From positions 1,628,044-1,692,043 of the forward strand of contig OZ242031.1 of assembly GCA_965205045.1 (NCBI GenBank): 64,000 nt of DNA. The letters are read 5' to 3'. Origin of the DNA: Candidatus Rariloculaceae bacterium. GTDB lineage: Bacteria; Pseudomonadota; Gammaproteobacteria; Steroidobacterales; Rariloculaceae. A program made the translations under genes and the position numbers. Shown piece after piece: positions 49,847 through 59,749 of the stretch (position 1 is the first letter of the stretch; each line of letters opens with the position of its first letter). The notes under the pieces are model-generated. The model worked only from the letters and a program-made list of their open reading frames with translations. It ran no database searches and was not told where the DNA came from.

Positions 49847-50013
49847 CCTGTCCGTTTTCCATGCGGCGGCGATGGCCGGATTATACGTCCGACGGGAATT
49901 CCGGCGGTCGCCGACGCCAAATCTCGGCAATTTCACAAGATTTGCCGATATTCCGCCCGCTTGGGAAGGCTTACCGTACCCCTTGGATACACACGATGGG
50001 GCGACGACCGCCG

Positions 50014-51087
50014 ATGGACAAGCCGCGGTACATCCAGGACCGACTCATGAAGCTCATGCTGGGCCGCCCCCGCATGGTGCGGGACCTGCTCGCGCTGCTG
50101 CCTGCGGAATGGACTGCGGCGTTGAACGCCTCCGTCCTGCGCGAACTGCCCACCGAGTTTATCGGTGCGCGCGGAGACAAGCGCGTCGCGAACCTGTGCT
50201 GGCTGGCTTGGGGCGGCGGGGGAGTGGAGGGTCCCGGCGGTGGACGGGAAGGCCCCGGCGCCGATCCGGTGATCGTGCTCATCGAGAACCAGTCCGCGCC
50301 CGACTGGCGCATGCCGGCGCGGACGACGACGCGCACCGGGCTGCTCTACGAATCGCTCGGCGCTGCGGCTCGGGGACCGGACGGCAAGTTCCCGCCGCTG
50401 CTGATCGTTGTGGTGTACACGGGAGACCGGCCCTGGCGGGTGCCGGGCGACCTGAGCGGAATGGTGCGGATACCCGCTGGCCACCCGCTGTCGGTTCCGG
50501 TCGGCCCCCGCTACGCGCGGCTTGATTTGCGGGACCCTGCGGCGCAGTATCCCGAGCAAGGCAACCGCATGGCGGCGCTGGCGCGGCTGGCGTTCTCCGA
50601 GTCGTATGCCGACGCCATTCGCGTGCTCGGCGAATTGCGCGGATGGCTGGACTTCGGCGACGCGGACGAAGCGCGCCTGTACCAGTGCTACCTGGACTAG
50701 TTCCAAGCAACCGCACCGGAGCTCCGCCCGCGGGACTGGAACCCGGAGCGCAAGAGGAAACTGGAGGAGCTGATGGCCGAAAAATCGATTCTGCAGAGGA
50801 ACAACGAGCGCTGGCTGGAGCGCCACCGGCAGGAGTTGCTGGCGGAAGGCCGCCGGGAGGCGGTCGCCGAGGGTCGGCGGGAAGGGCTCACGGACGGTCG
50901 CCGGGAGATGCTCGTGCGGCAGGCGGCGCGGCGTTTCGGCGCCGACACCGGGCGGCGTCTCGAAGCCCGGTTGAAGGCGGTGGAGGATCCTGGCCGTCTC
51001 GACCGGGTGGGCGACCTGATCGTGGACAGCGAGACCGGCGAGCAACTCCTCGGCGGAATCGACCGCGCTGGCGTTAACTCAGGCTGA
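50014..51087 (+). pseudogene. Rpn family nuclease, copy 3, with in-frame nonsense codon
   Basis: Same frame throughout. TAG at 50698-50700 lies where copies 1 and 2 have TGG (YLDWF). There is also a Gly-rich insertion (WLAWGGGGVEGPGGGREGPGADP). The C-terminal ORF 50773..51087 is intact. Confidence 0.8.
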
Positions 51088-51160
51088 TCCGGTTCGGCGC
51101 CAGCCACTTGCAGCGCCGTGTTGGGGCCGCTGCCGGGATGATCGGAGCGTGCAATTGAAG

Positions 51161-52060
51161 CTATAGATCAATCCGATCCAGGAGTTGCTCAATCACGCTG
51201 CTGACTTCCCGTTGTCGCAGTATCCGAGCTTCGAGTTGATCGGCCTCGTCACCTTCAGCCACTTCAAAGCGGGCAACTGCCACGGGACCGTCTTTCCTGT
51301 AGCCCTCGACCCTGTGGTCTGTTGCGAATCGATTGCGAAGGATATCCAAGCAGTTCCGAATCACAGCGCCGTGGCGCTCCTCCAATGCATCGCGGAACAT
51401 TTCCGCAGCGCCGCCGAGACCCTCGGGTGCATTTTCGATGCAATAGACCAGGTCATGCGCGTCTTTGCGCTCAAATCGCTGATCGAAAGCGAATGTCTTC
51501 AAGCACGTGAAACTGATCAGATTGGCGTGCCTTACTACTTCGACGACGGTGCCGGCGCCGTCAAGGAGTTCCGCCTGAATCTCCGTGGTCTCGTGCAGGT
51601 CGAAGACAATGGACGAATGGGGGATGTTGAGCGCGGAAACTCTTCCTTTCGTAGGCAGCGGTTCAACCCGGCCTCCGGCGATCTTTGGCGCGTCGGCGAG
51701 CAATTCGACCACCATCAGCGCACCTCGTTCAGTGCGGGTCTGCCACCGCCAAGAGAGCTTCTGCCCCGCGTCGTTCGTGGACCGCTCAAACTTCATCCTG
51801 CGCAGGTTGTCCTCAAACGTGCGATAGCCTTCGGTATCGGCCAGTATCTGGAGGTCGATGACGATATCCACGTCAAGTGTGCCGGCATGCGCCGGCGCTG
51901 CCGGGTGCTTCGCCGCCACCAGGTATCTCGGCGTCAAGCCGCCAATCAGAAACACACACTCCTTCCAGGGGCCTAGTCCGCGCAGCAGTGTCACGAGAAC
52001 GCGCTCGCAATCGACCGTGTAGTCGTCGGTGTATTCATTGAAGGTTGCGGGCTTTGCCAT
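51161..52060 (-). CDS. nucleotidyltransferase-fold protein (AbiEii-like)
   Basis: 299 aa. FLIGGLTPRYLVAAKHPAAPAHAGTLDVDIVIDL fits the minimal NTase motif. Its start overlaps the upstream stop (TAATG). Confidence 0.65.
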   Translation of the reverse strand: MAKPATFNEYTDDYTVDCERVLVTLLRGLGPWKECVFLIGGLTPRYLVAAKHPAAPAHAGTLDVDIVIDLQILADTEGYRTFEDNLRRMKFERSTNDAGQKLSWRWQTRTERGALMVVELLADAPKIAGGRVEPLPTKGRVSALNIPHSSIVFDLHETTEIQAELLDGAGTVVEVVRHANLISFTCLKTFAFDQRFERKDAHDLVYCIENAPEGLGGAAEMFRDALEERHGAVIRNCLDILRNRFATDHRVEGYRKDGPVAVARFEVAEGDEADQLEARILRQREVSSVIEQLLDRIDL

Positions 52061-53154
52061 TAGAAACCGATCCTTGTCTGGCGCAGGTGCTGAGCCAATT
52101 CTTTCGCACGGCCCTGGCTGCGCATCAAGTCGAGGTAGACCTGCACGGGGCTTGCCAGCCAGGTTCCCTTCATACGCTGGCGAAACAGCAACTCGCCGGT
52201 CGAGTTGACGTCGATGATCTCAAGGTTCGCGCCTTGGTCAACGAGGCGGGCATCGAGTGCGCCAATAACCTCACCCGCTGCTGGTTCGGCCAGCAGCCGA
52301 CAACGCACTTGTGAATAATTCGACAAGAACGGCGCGTAGCGTTGGCCCGCCGCCTCGTGGGTGATCGCGTACTCGGCCTTGTGCGCCGCGCACGCCTTGG
52401 CGAACTTCTCGACCAGCCCCTCCACACGCACCGACGGCACGAAGTATCGCCGCATTGCAGGAGGACGCATCACCATCAGTTGCTTTGCCCATGCATCCAG
52501 TAAGGTGCCAGGCTCTTGCAGTTGGCGTTCCTTGCCCGGCCCTTTCCCGCGCGACACCACCCAATCGAGCCTCTCCAGTTCCGTTAGCGCTTGCGAGGAG
52601 GTTGCGGGCGATACTTGGGCCTGCTCAGCGATTTCCTTGACTCTGAACCAGTCGCCATGCCGCATCAGGACAGCGTGAAGCACCTGCGCGCGGCGACCGG
52701 AAAACAGAGAGCGGATGGTTTTCGACAAACTCTTCGGGGGCGGTTTGTCTACATACACGTAGACGTTACCTGCAGGGAGAAACAGGCTGCCGCCGCTATC
52801 GTAGTATCCAACCTGCTCGTCCTTCAGCAGGTCCTTGGCTCCCGGTGAAATCGATCGGGCAACCAGGACGGGCACAGTTTGTTGGCCTTCCCCGGACTGC
52901 GACCTTTGCCCCGCAAAGTCCCGGAGCTGCCAAAGCACCTGCCGCACGTCACGAGGATACAGGGTCTTCTTTAACTCGATCAGCAGGGTAGCTGGCTGCT
53001 CGCCCGCCCAGATGTCAGCCTGGGCATCATATCCCCGATGCCCGCCGTACAGTCGAGGGACCTCACTCAACGCCGCCTGCACGTCTGGCAGCCCGCGAAG
53101 GGCGTTGAGAAACCCGTCGAGTAGTTGTTCATCCGTTACTGCTGCGTCAGACAT
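52060..53154 (-). CDS. wHTH protein, putative AbiEi-like antitoxin/regulator
   Basis: Start set at ATG 53154 (MSDAAVTDEQ...). The HTH-like segment is FRVKEIAEQAQVSPATSSQALTELERLDWVVSRG. Operon partner of the 51161 NTase. Confidence 0.55.
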   Translation of the reverse strand: MSDAAVTDEQLLDGFLNALRGLPDVQAALSEVPRLYGGHRGYDAQADIWAGEQPATLLIELKKTLYPRDVRQVLWQLRDFAGQRSQSGEGQQTVPVLVARSISPGAKDLLKDEQVGYYDSGGSLFLPAGNVYVYVDKPPPKSLSKTIRSLFSGRRAQVLHAVLMRHGDWFRVKEIAEQAQVSPATSSQALTELERLDWVVSRGKGPGKERQLQEPGTLLDAWAKQLMVMRPPAMRRYFVPSVRVEGLVEKFAKACAAHKAEYAITHEAAGQRYAPFLSNYSQVRCRLLAEPAAGEVIGALDARLVDQGANLEIIDVNSTGELLFRQRMKGTWLASPVQVYLDLMRSQGRAKELAQHLRQTRIGF

Positions 53155-53887
53155 CAGTATTTCCCGTTTTTTGATGAGCAGTAAATATATTGAGACTAGC
53201 AAATATTTGAGGAAATGGCGATATTCGCTGTGCAGTGAATTTGGCGATCCGAGGGTTACGGATCGGGAAATCATTTAATGGGCCGCGACCCATGATTCCT
53301 GTCGGCGAAGTAAAAAATCCTCACCGCTCTCAAATTTCGGACACATGGCCCGTATTCGGGACCAATGCGGGTTCCCCACCGCTCATCATCCCATATCGGT
53401 GCGCCAGGCAGAATGCCCTTCCGAGTCTTGATTTAACCAAGAGAACAACAAGTCTCCCTGTCTGGTATAACCTTCCCTTGCCCCGGATCGAATTGAAGTA
53501 TGAGAGAAACGTTCATTGGCGGCATAACACCAGCCGCGCCGCATGGTAAGGGAATAATCGGATGAGGTCGCAGAATGGGCGACCCTCCTTGAATGCCCTG
53601 CCGCAGGGCACGGTGTTGCACGACTACGTCATCGACTCGGAACTGGGCAGCGGCGGCTTCAGCATTGTGTATCTGGCGCGGCACCGCCTCAACACCGACT
53701 GGCTGTTCGCCATCAAGGAGTACTTCCCGCGTGAACTGGTGGCGCGGGACCGCGACAATGGCAACGTGCGTCCCGTCAACACGGAGGCCAAAGGGGCGTT
53801 CGAGGACGGATTGAGGCGCTTCCGGGACGAGGCGGAGCAACTGCGCCGGTTCCGCAACGAGCGCTACATCGTCTCCTGTCTGAACTA

Positions 53888-54740
53888 GGGCGTGTTAACA
53901 CTAGCAGGCAAAAACGTGGTATCCTTCGTCGCGTTGTCCAGGACGCGGAAACCGGAGGAAAATCAGGGATATGGAACTCACCGAAGCCCAATTCGAACGG
54001 ATCGGGCCGCTGCTGCCGGTGCAGCGCGGAAACGTGAGCCTGCCGAACATCCAGGTGCTCAACGCGATCCTGTACGTGGCCGAGCACGGCTGCAAGTGGC
54101 GCGGGCTGCCCGAAAGGTTCGGCAATTGGCACACCGTCTACACGCGGATGAACCGCTGGTCGAAGAACGGCGTTCTGGATCGCGTGTTCGAGCACCTGCA
54201 ACGGGAGCGGCTCGTGCGCGTCAAGGTGGAGGCGGCGGGGCTGGACAGCACCAGCGTCAAGGTGCATCCGGACGGCACGGGGGCGGAAAAAAAAACGGCC
54301 CCCAATCCATCGGCAAGTCCCGTGGGGGCTGGACCACCAAGATTCATATGGTTGCCGCGGATGACCGGACCGCCCTCGCGTTCTCGCTCTCTCCAGGCCA
54401 GGCGCACGACGCGCCCGAAGGGCGCAAGTTGCTGAGAGGCATGGAGAAACCGTCGAACAGCCCGGCGCTGGTGATGGACCGCGCGTATGAGGACGACGCC
54501 ACCCGCCAACTGGTTCTGGACCTGGGATTCGTGCCGGTCGTGCCGCCGAAGAGCAACCGCGTCGACCCTTGGGAGTACGATCGGGAGATGTACAAGCGGC
54601 GCAATGAGGTCGAGCGGCTGTTCCGGCGCCTGAAGGGGTTCCGGCGCATCTTCTCGCGCTTCGAGAAACTCGATGTCGTATTCCTCGGCTTCGTCGTCTT
54701 CGTGCTCATCGTCGACGCGTTGCTGTAGTGTTAACAGGCC
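53888..54740 (+). mobile_element. IS5-family (IS427/IS1031-like group) insertion sequence, 853 bp
   Basis: Imperfect terminal IRs: gggcgtgttaacacta at the left, and ggcctgttaacacta (reverse complement) at the right. 3-bp direct repeat CTA at 53885-53887 and 54741-54743. The uninterrupted target ctgaactacttcgagg is present in paralogue G at about 60450-60475. Confidence 0.9.
53971..54728 (+). CDS. IS5-family DDE transposase (orfA-orfB, probable -1 frameshift at an A9 run)
   Basis: orfA is MELTEAQFERIGPLLP...GCKWRGLPERFGNWHTVYTRMNRWSKNGV. orfB, in the -1 frame, is ...GGWTTKIHMVAADDRTALAFSLSPGQAHD...VMDRAYEDD...YKRRNEVERLFRRLKGFRRIFSRFEKL. The A9 run at 54287-54295 lies at the frame junction. 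Confidence 0.85.
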
Positions 54741-57451
54741 CTACTTCGAGGCCAATGGCACAGCGTACCTGGTAATGGACTACGACGACGGGTTGCCGCT
54801 GTCGGAATTCCTGCGGCGGCGGGAGGCCGCCGGGCAGCCGTTCACCGAGGCGGATTTGCGCGCCGTGGTCGAGCCGCTCCTGGAAGGGCTGGAGGTCGTT
54901 CATCGGGCCGGCGTCCTGCACCGGGACATCAAGCCGGCAAACATATTCGTGCGCCGACCGGACGACATCACCGGGCGGCCCGCGCAGCCGGTGCTGATCG
55001 ACTTCGGGGCGGCGAAGCAGAACTACCTGGCGCGGCACAGCCGTTCGCAGGCGCCGTACACGCCGGGGTACGCGGCGTATGAGCAAGTCTCATCAATGGG
55101 CGAACTGGGGCCTTGGACGGACGTGTATGCTCTTGGCGCTCTAATGTGGCGGATGGTGGCGGGCGGTTGTCTGGGGGATGAGCGTTTACAGGAACCTAGG
55201 AGCGTCGACAATGCAGGCGGTCTTGGAGTGGGTAACCCAACTCCGCCGGCGGCCGAGAGGCGGGCATACGCGCTTCACAGGGGACAGCCGGACCCGATGG
55301 CGATGGCGTCGGCGTTGGGGGCGGGCCGGTTCTCGCCCACATTGCTCGCCTCAATCGACCGTTGTCTGGTCTTGTATCCGGAAGATCGTGTCCAGAGCGT
55401 CGCGGAATTGCGTTCGTTGCTCGATGATACCGGCGCGGGAACGGGCGCAGGGGCTTCTGCGGAGTTTGAGGCCGCGCCGACATCACAAGCGCCGTCCCCT
55501 GTGACTTCGAGCCGCAGTCGTGCGGGGGCCGTGGCTGCCTCGCTCGCCGTCATGGTGTCACTGTCGTTCATCGGCGGCTACCTTTGGTTGCGAACATCTG
55601 CGGATCAAAGATCATTACCAGACGCTACGGAGGACAGTTCGACAGGCACACTGCCGAGTTCGGTAGCGGGCGAATCGGCGCCGCCATCGGTGGTTGGCGG
55701 CTCAGCGATACTGGTCGTGCAGACGGACCCACCCGGCGCCGAGGTGGTGGTCGGGAACACAGTGGTGGGCGAAACGCCCCTGCGGCTCGGGAATCTGCGT
55801 TCCGGAACCTATCCGGTGACATTGCGCCATCCCGCCTACGAACCTTTTCGTCTAGAGAACCAAACGTTCGAGGATGGCGTAGTGCTGCGCATCGAACGCA
55901 CGCTGGTCCGGGGGACGGGACGGCTAACGGTGATCGCGCGGCCGGTGACCGCCTGGATCGAGCATGAGGGTGCGCGTCTGGCAGAGGGCACACCGGTGAC
56001 GCTGGAGGGCCTGCCGGCCGGGATTTTGGAGTTGACGCTGGGCGCAAACGAGCACCGGACCATCCTAGTGCGGGCGGAAGTACCGAAGGACGGCGTGGGT
56101 ATGCTGGAGTCGGAACTGGAGCCAATCCCGTATGGGACGCTGACGCTAGAGTTGGAGCCACCGGACGCGACGGTGACGCTGCCGGATGTGCGGATCAGTT
56201 ACCGGCCGGGCGTGCGGTTGCCGGAAGGCTCTCATCGAATAGTGGTAAGCCGTGTTGGTTACCGTGAAATTGAACGCACGGTGACTGTGTTGGGCGAATC
56301 GCGAGTCCGGATCCAGTTGGCGGTTGACCCGCAGCCGTTCACGGTGGCGGTAACGCCGACGGAGGCGGCGGTGAGTTTTGTGGAGTACGCTGAGGCGTAT
56401 GAGCCCGCGATGCTGCTGGAACCCGGAACGTACAGGGTGCGGGTGAGTACCACAGGTTACGAGCCGTGGGAAGGGTCCATTGAGCATGGCGTCGAACCGA
56501 CGCAGGCCTCGATTCGGCTTTCGATCGCGATACCCGCTGTGGGCGGGACGTTTTCGGAGCCTTTTAATTCCGGCGGCGAGGGTCCGGAGATGGTGGTGAT
56601 CCCGGCCGGACGGTTTCGGATGGGGTGTCTGAACGACGATGGGGATTGCGATGGTTCCGAGTTTCCGGTGCACGAAGTGGTGATCCCAAGGGCATTTGCG
56701 GTCTCGAAATACGAGGTGACGTTCGAGCAGTGGGATGCATGCGCGGCGGGAGGTGGCTGCGGCGGGAATCGCCCGGATGACGCGGGTTGGGGCCGCGGCC
56801 GGAGTCCTGCGATCAATGTGTCGTGGGACGACGCGCGGGAATTCGTGGAGTGGTTGTCGCGTCAGACGGATCAGAGTTACCGGTTGTTGAGCGAGGCGGA
56901 ATGGGAGTACGTGGCACGGGCAGGGTCCGAGACTACGTACAGTTGGGGCAACGCCGTTGGGTCGAACCGGGCTAACTGCTCTTATATATGGGAAGCCATT
57001 GACCTCAGTGCATGTGGCGATCTATGGGAATACACCGCGCCAGTGGGTTCATTTGTTGCCAATTCATTCGGGGTGCATAACATGCACGGCAACGTATCAG
57101 AGTGGGTGGAAGATTGCTGGAACGCCGGGTATCCAGGCGCACCGTCGGACGGCAGTGCATGGCGGAGCGGGGATTGCAGCCTGCGCGTATTGCGCGGCGG
57201 TTCCTGGTTCGATAGTCCAGAGAACCTGCGCTCGGCGAACCGCCGAAGGAACTCCACAGGAAGCCGGAGCAGCATCATCGGATTCCGTGTGGCTCGGACG
57301 CTCATTGCGCCAGGGATAAGCCCTGGAGGGGATGATATGAACTGAAGCCTCTCGTCGGGCCAGCGAGTTCGACTTCCGCCCGACAATCACGCAGCCCGCC
57401 AGCCGGAAGCGAGTCTTGCATCGCGCACGGTAACGACGAGACCCACGGCTG

Positions 57452-59749
57452 TTACCGAAATGGCAGGACGTATTGAGTCCAATACTGACGAGAGAGTTCC
57501 TGCGCCTGAGTGACCTGAAATTCGGTCATTCGCTCTGCGACTCGATCCTTTGCGGTAGCTGCCCCCGCATGGGATTGAGCTTCAGCAACACTGAACCAAG
57601 CGTATGCTTCTATTGCATCCTCCGCCACGCCCGCGCCGATCACATACGCGGCCCCGAGATTGAACTGGGCGTAGGCATTACCCTGCTCGGCCGCAAAACG
57701 AAACCAGCGAACCGCCTCACTGGCGTCTTCCGGAACACCTTCACCGCGGTAGTACGAACTGCCCAAACTGAACTGGGCGCCTGCATGACCCTGCTCAGCC
57801 GCAAGACGCCACCATCGCGCCGCCTCCACAGTATCCTCGGGGACACCTTCCCCAAAGGCGTATGCCCATGCGAGTCTATATTGAGCATCGGCAAGACCCT
57901 GTTCGGCCGCAAGACGGAACCAGCGCACCGCTTCCGCATCGTCTTCGGCAACACCCTCGCCGCCAAAGGCGTATATGTTGGCCAAATTGAATTGGGCATT
58001 GGCATCGCCCTCCTCGGCCGCAAGACGATACCAACGTACGGCTTCGGCATCGTCTTCGGGGACACCTTCGCCATTTTTGTATGCCCATCCGAGTCTAAAA
58101 TAGGCATCGGCAAGACCCTGCTCGGCCGCAAGATGGAACCAACGCACCGCTTCGGCGTAGTCTTGGACAACACCCTCGCCCCCAAGTGCGTATATTTCAC
58201 CCACATTGTATTGGGCATCGGCAACGCCCTGTTCGGCCGCGAGACGGAACCAACGCACCGCTTCGGCGTAGTCTTGGACAACACCCTCGCCTCCTTCGGC
58301 GTAGATTACGCCCAAATTGAATTGGGCAGCAGCATTGCTCTGCTCGGCGAAATGCAAAAAACCTTCAAGCGCAATTCTGAGGTCGCCTCGCTCATAAGCC
58401 GCAGTGGCTTCATCAAAAGTCTGCTCAATGGCAGGCAATTCGACCAGGGTATCGGTGCGTTCTTCAAGCTCCGCGACCGGCGGGTCCTCCGGGGGAATCG
58501 GTTCCGTATCGCGCGGAGTGTTGTCCTCGGCAAGTATCAACAACAACCCTATAGTCAATATCACGAACAGGGTGCCGACACCCAACCACCAACGCGCAAA
58601 TGGCTTAGTACGCATCTGCACGTTGTCCGTCGCATTTGTCGGGGTGTCCAATCCTCGACCATTTCCTTGTAAAGCACCTGACATTGACGAATCCCTCTCG
58701 GGTTCGACACTAGACTGTTCCTGTCCCGACAGTCCTCCCTTGAGCAAATCCGACAAGTCACGGCAATCTTGCACCCGATCCTCTGGATATAGCGCCAGAC
58801 ACCGGTCAATGGCCTCCAATACGAGAGACGAGAACCTTTCTTTGCCCAAATCCACCGCGGGAGGAATTGGATCCGCCCATCCTCGATTTAGGGCGTAGGC
58901 TCGTTTCTCCACCTGCTTGGGACGAGGGTGCCATACAGACTTTTCCGCCTGGATACCGTGCGATTCATTGGGCATTAGCAACCTCGAATCGCCCGGGCAT
59001 CCACCCGCAACCATCCGCCACATCACCGCACCCAACGAGTAGATGTCAGTCCAGGGACCTATCTCCCCCATTGACGAGACCTGCTCGTACGCCGCATATC
59101 CGGGTGTATACGGTGCCTGTGAACGACTATGCCGCTCTAGGTAGTTCTGCTTCGCCGCCCCGAAGTCGATCAGCGCCGGATGTGCGGGCTGACCTGTGAT
59201 GTCGTCCTGCCGTCGAACGAATATGTTTCCTGGCTTGATGTCCCGGTGCAGAACCCCCGCGCGATGGACGACCGTCAGCCCTTCCAGTAATGGCTCCACC
59301 ACGGCCAGCAGGTCGGCTTCCGTGAAGGGCTGACCCGCCGCTTCCCGGAGCCGAAGAAACTCCGACAACGGCAATCCATCGTCGTAGTCCATAACCAAGT
59401 ATGCGGTGTCGTTTTCCTCGAAGTAGTTCAGGCACGAGACGATGTAGCGCTCATTCCTGAACTTTCGCAGTTGCTCCGCCTCGTCCCTGAAACGCCGCAG
59501 GCCGTCCTCAAAGGCGCTTTGAGCCTCGGTGTTGAGCGGGCGCACGCCGATGCCGTCGCGTGCTCTCGCGGCCAATTCGACCGGGAGATACTCCTTGATG
59601 GCGTACAACCAGTCAGATTTGAGGTGGTGGCGTGCCAGGTACACGATGCTGAACCCGCCGCTGCCCAACTCCGACTCGATGACGTAGTCGCGAAGCACCG
59701 TGCCGGACGGCAGGGCGTTCAGGGATTGGGAGACGCTTCTCGACGGCAT
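57452..59749 (-). CDS. Ser/Thr protein kinase paralogue F: kinase + TM + about 9-10 Sel1 repeats
   Basis: Track ORF 57452..59833; start set at ATG 59749. Kinase motifs are complete. TM is WWLGVGTLFVILTIGLLLILA. The long Sel1 array has the unit AEAVRWFRLAAEQGxADAQYxLGxxYxxGEGV. Confidence 0.9.
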   Translation of the reverse strand: MPSRSVSQSLNALPSGTVLRDYVIESELGSGGFSIVYLARHHLKSDWLYAIKEYLPVELAARARDGIGVRPLNTEAQSAFEDGLRRFRDEAEQLRKFRNERYIVSCLNYFEENDTAYLVMDYDDGLPLSEFLRLREAAGQPFTEADLLAVVEPLLEGLTVVHRAGVLHRDIKPGNIFVRRQDDITGQPAHPALIDFGAAKQNYLERHSRSQAPYTPGYAAYEQVSSMGEIGPWTDIYSLGAVMWRMVAGGCPGDSRLLMPNESHGIQAEKSVWHPRPKQVEKRAYALNRGWADPIPPAVDLGKERFSSLVLEAIDRCLALYPEDRVQDCRDLSDLLKGGLSGQEQSSVEPERDSSMSGALQGNGRGLDTPTNATDNVQMRTKPFARWWLGVGTLFVILTIGLLLILAEDNTPRDTEPIPPEDPPVAELEERTDTLVELPAIEQTFDEATAAYERGDLRIALEGFLHFAEQSNAAAQFNLGVIYAEGGEGVVQDYAEAVRWFRLAAEQGVADAQYNVGEIYALGGEGVVQDYAEAVRWFHLAAEQGLADAYFRLGWAYKNGEGVPEDDAEAVRWYRLAAEEGDANAQFNLANIYAFGGEGVAEDDAEAVRWFRLAAEQGLADAQYRLAWAYAFGEGVPEDTVEAARWWRLAAEQGHAGAQFSLGSSYYRGEGVPEDASEAVRWFRFAAEQGNAYAQFNLGAAYVIGAGVAEDAIEAYAWFSVAEAQSHAGAATAKDRVAERMTEFQVTQAQELSRQYWTQYVLPFR

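Larger units (their letters stand above)
53562..57345 (+). pseudogene. Ser/Thr protein kinase paralogue E (kinase + TM + PEGA repeats + FGE-sulfatase domain), interrupted by an IS element
   Basis: The N-terminal fragment 53562-53887 ends ...YIVSCLN. Coding resumes at 54741 (YFEANGTAYLVMDYDDG...) exactly as in intact paralogue G. The tail has TM AVAASLAVMVSLSFIGGYLW, PEGA-like units (PPGAEVVVGNTVVGETPLRLGNLRSGTYPVTLRHPAYEP) and an FGE/SUMF1 domain (MVVIPAGRFRMG...SEAEWEYVARAG...HGNVSEWVEDCW...RVLRGGSW). Confidence 0.85.

Noticed and set aside
54673-54740. Start of track ORF 54673..57345, which lies inside the IS element.
   Set aside because: It is a fortuitous in-frame read-through from IS sequence. 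True kinase coding resumes at 54741, as shown by colinearity with paralogue G.
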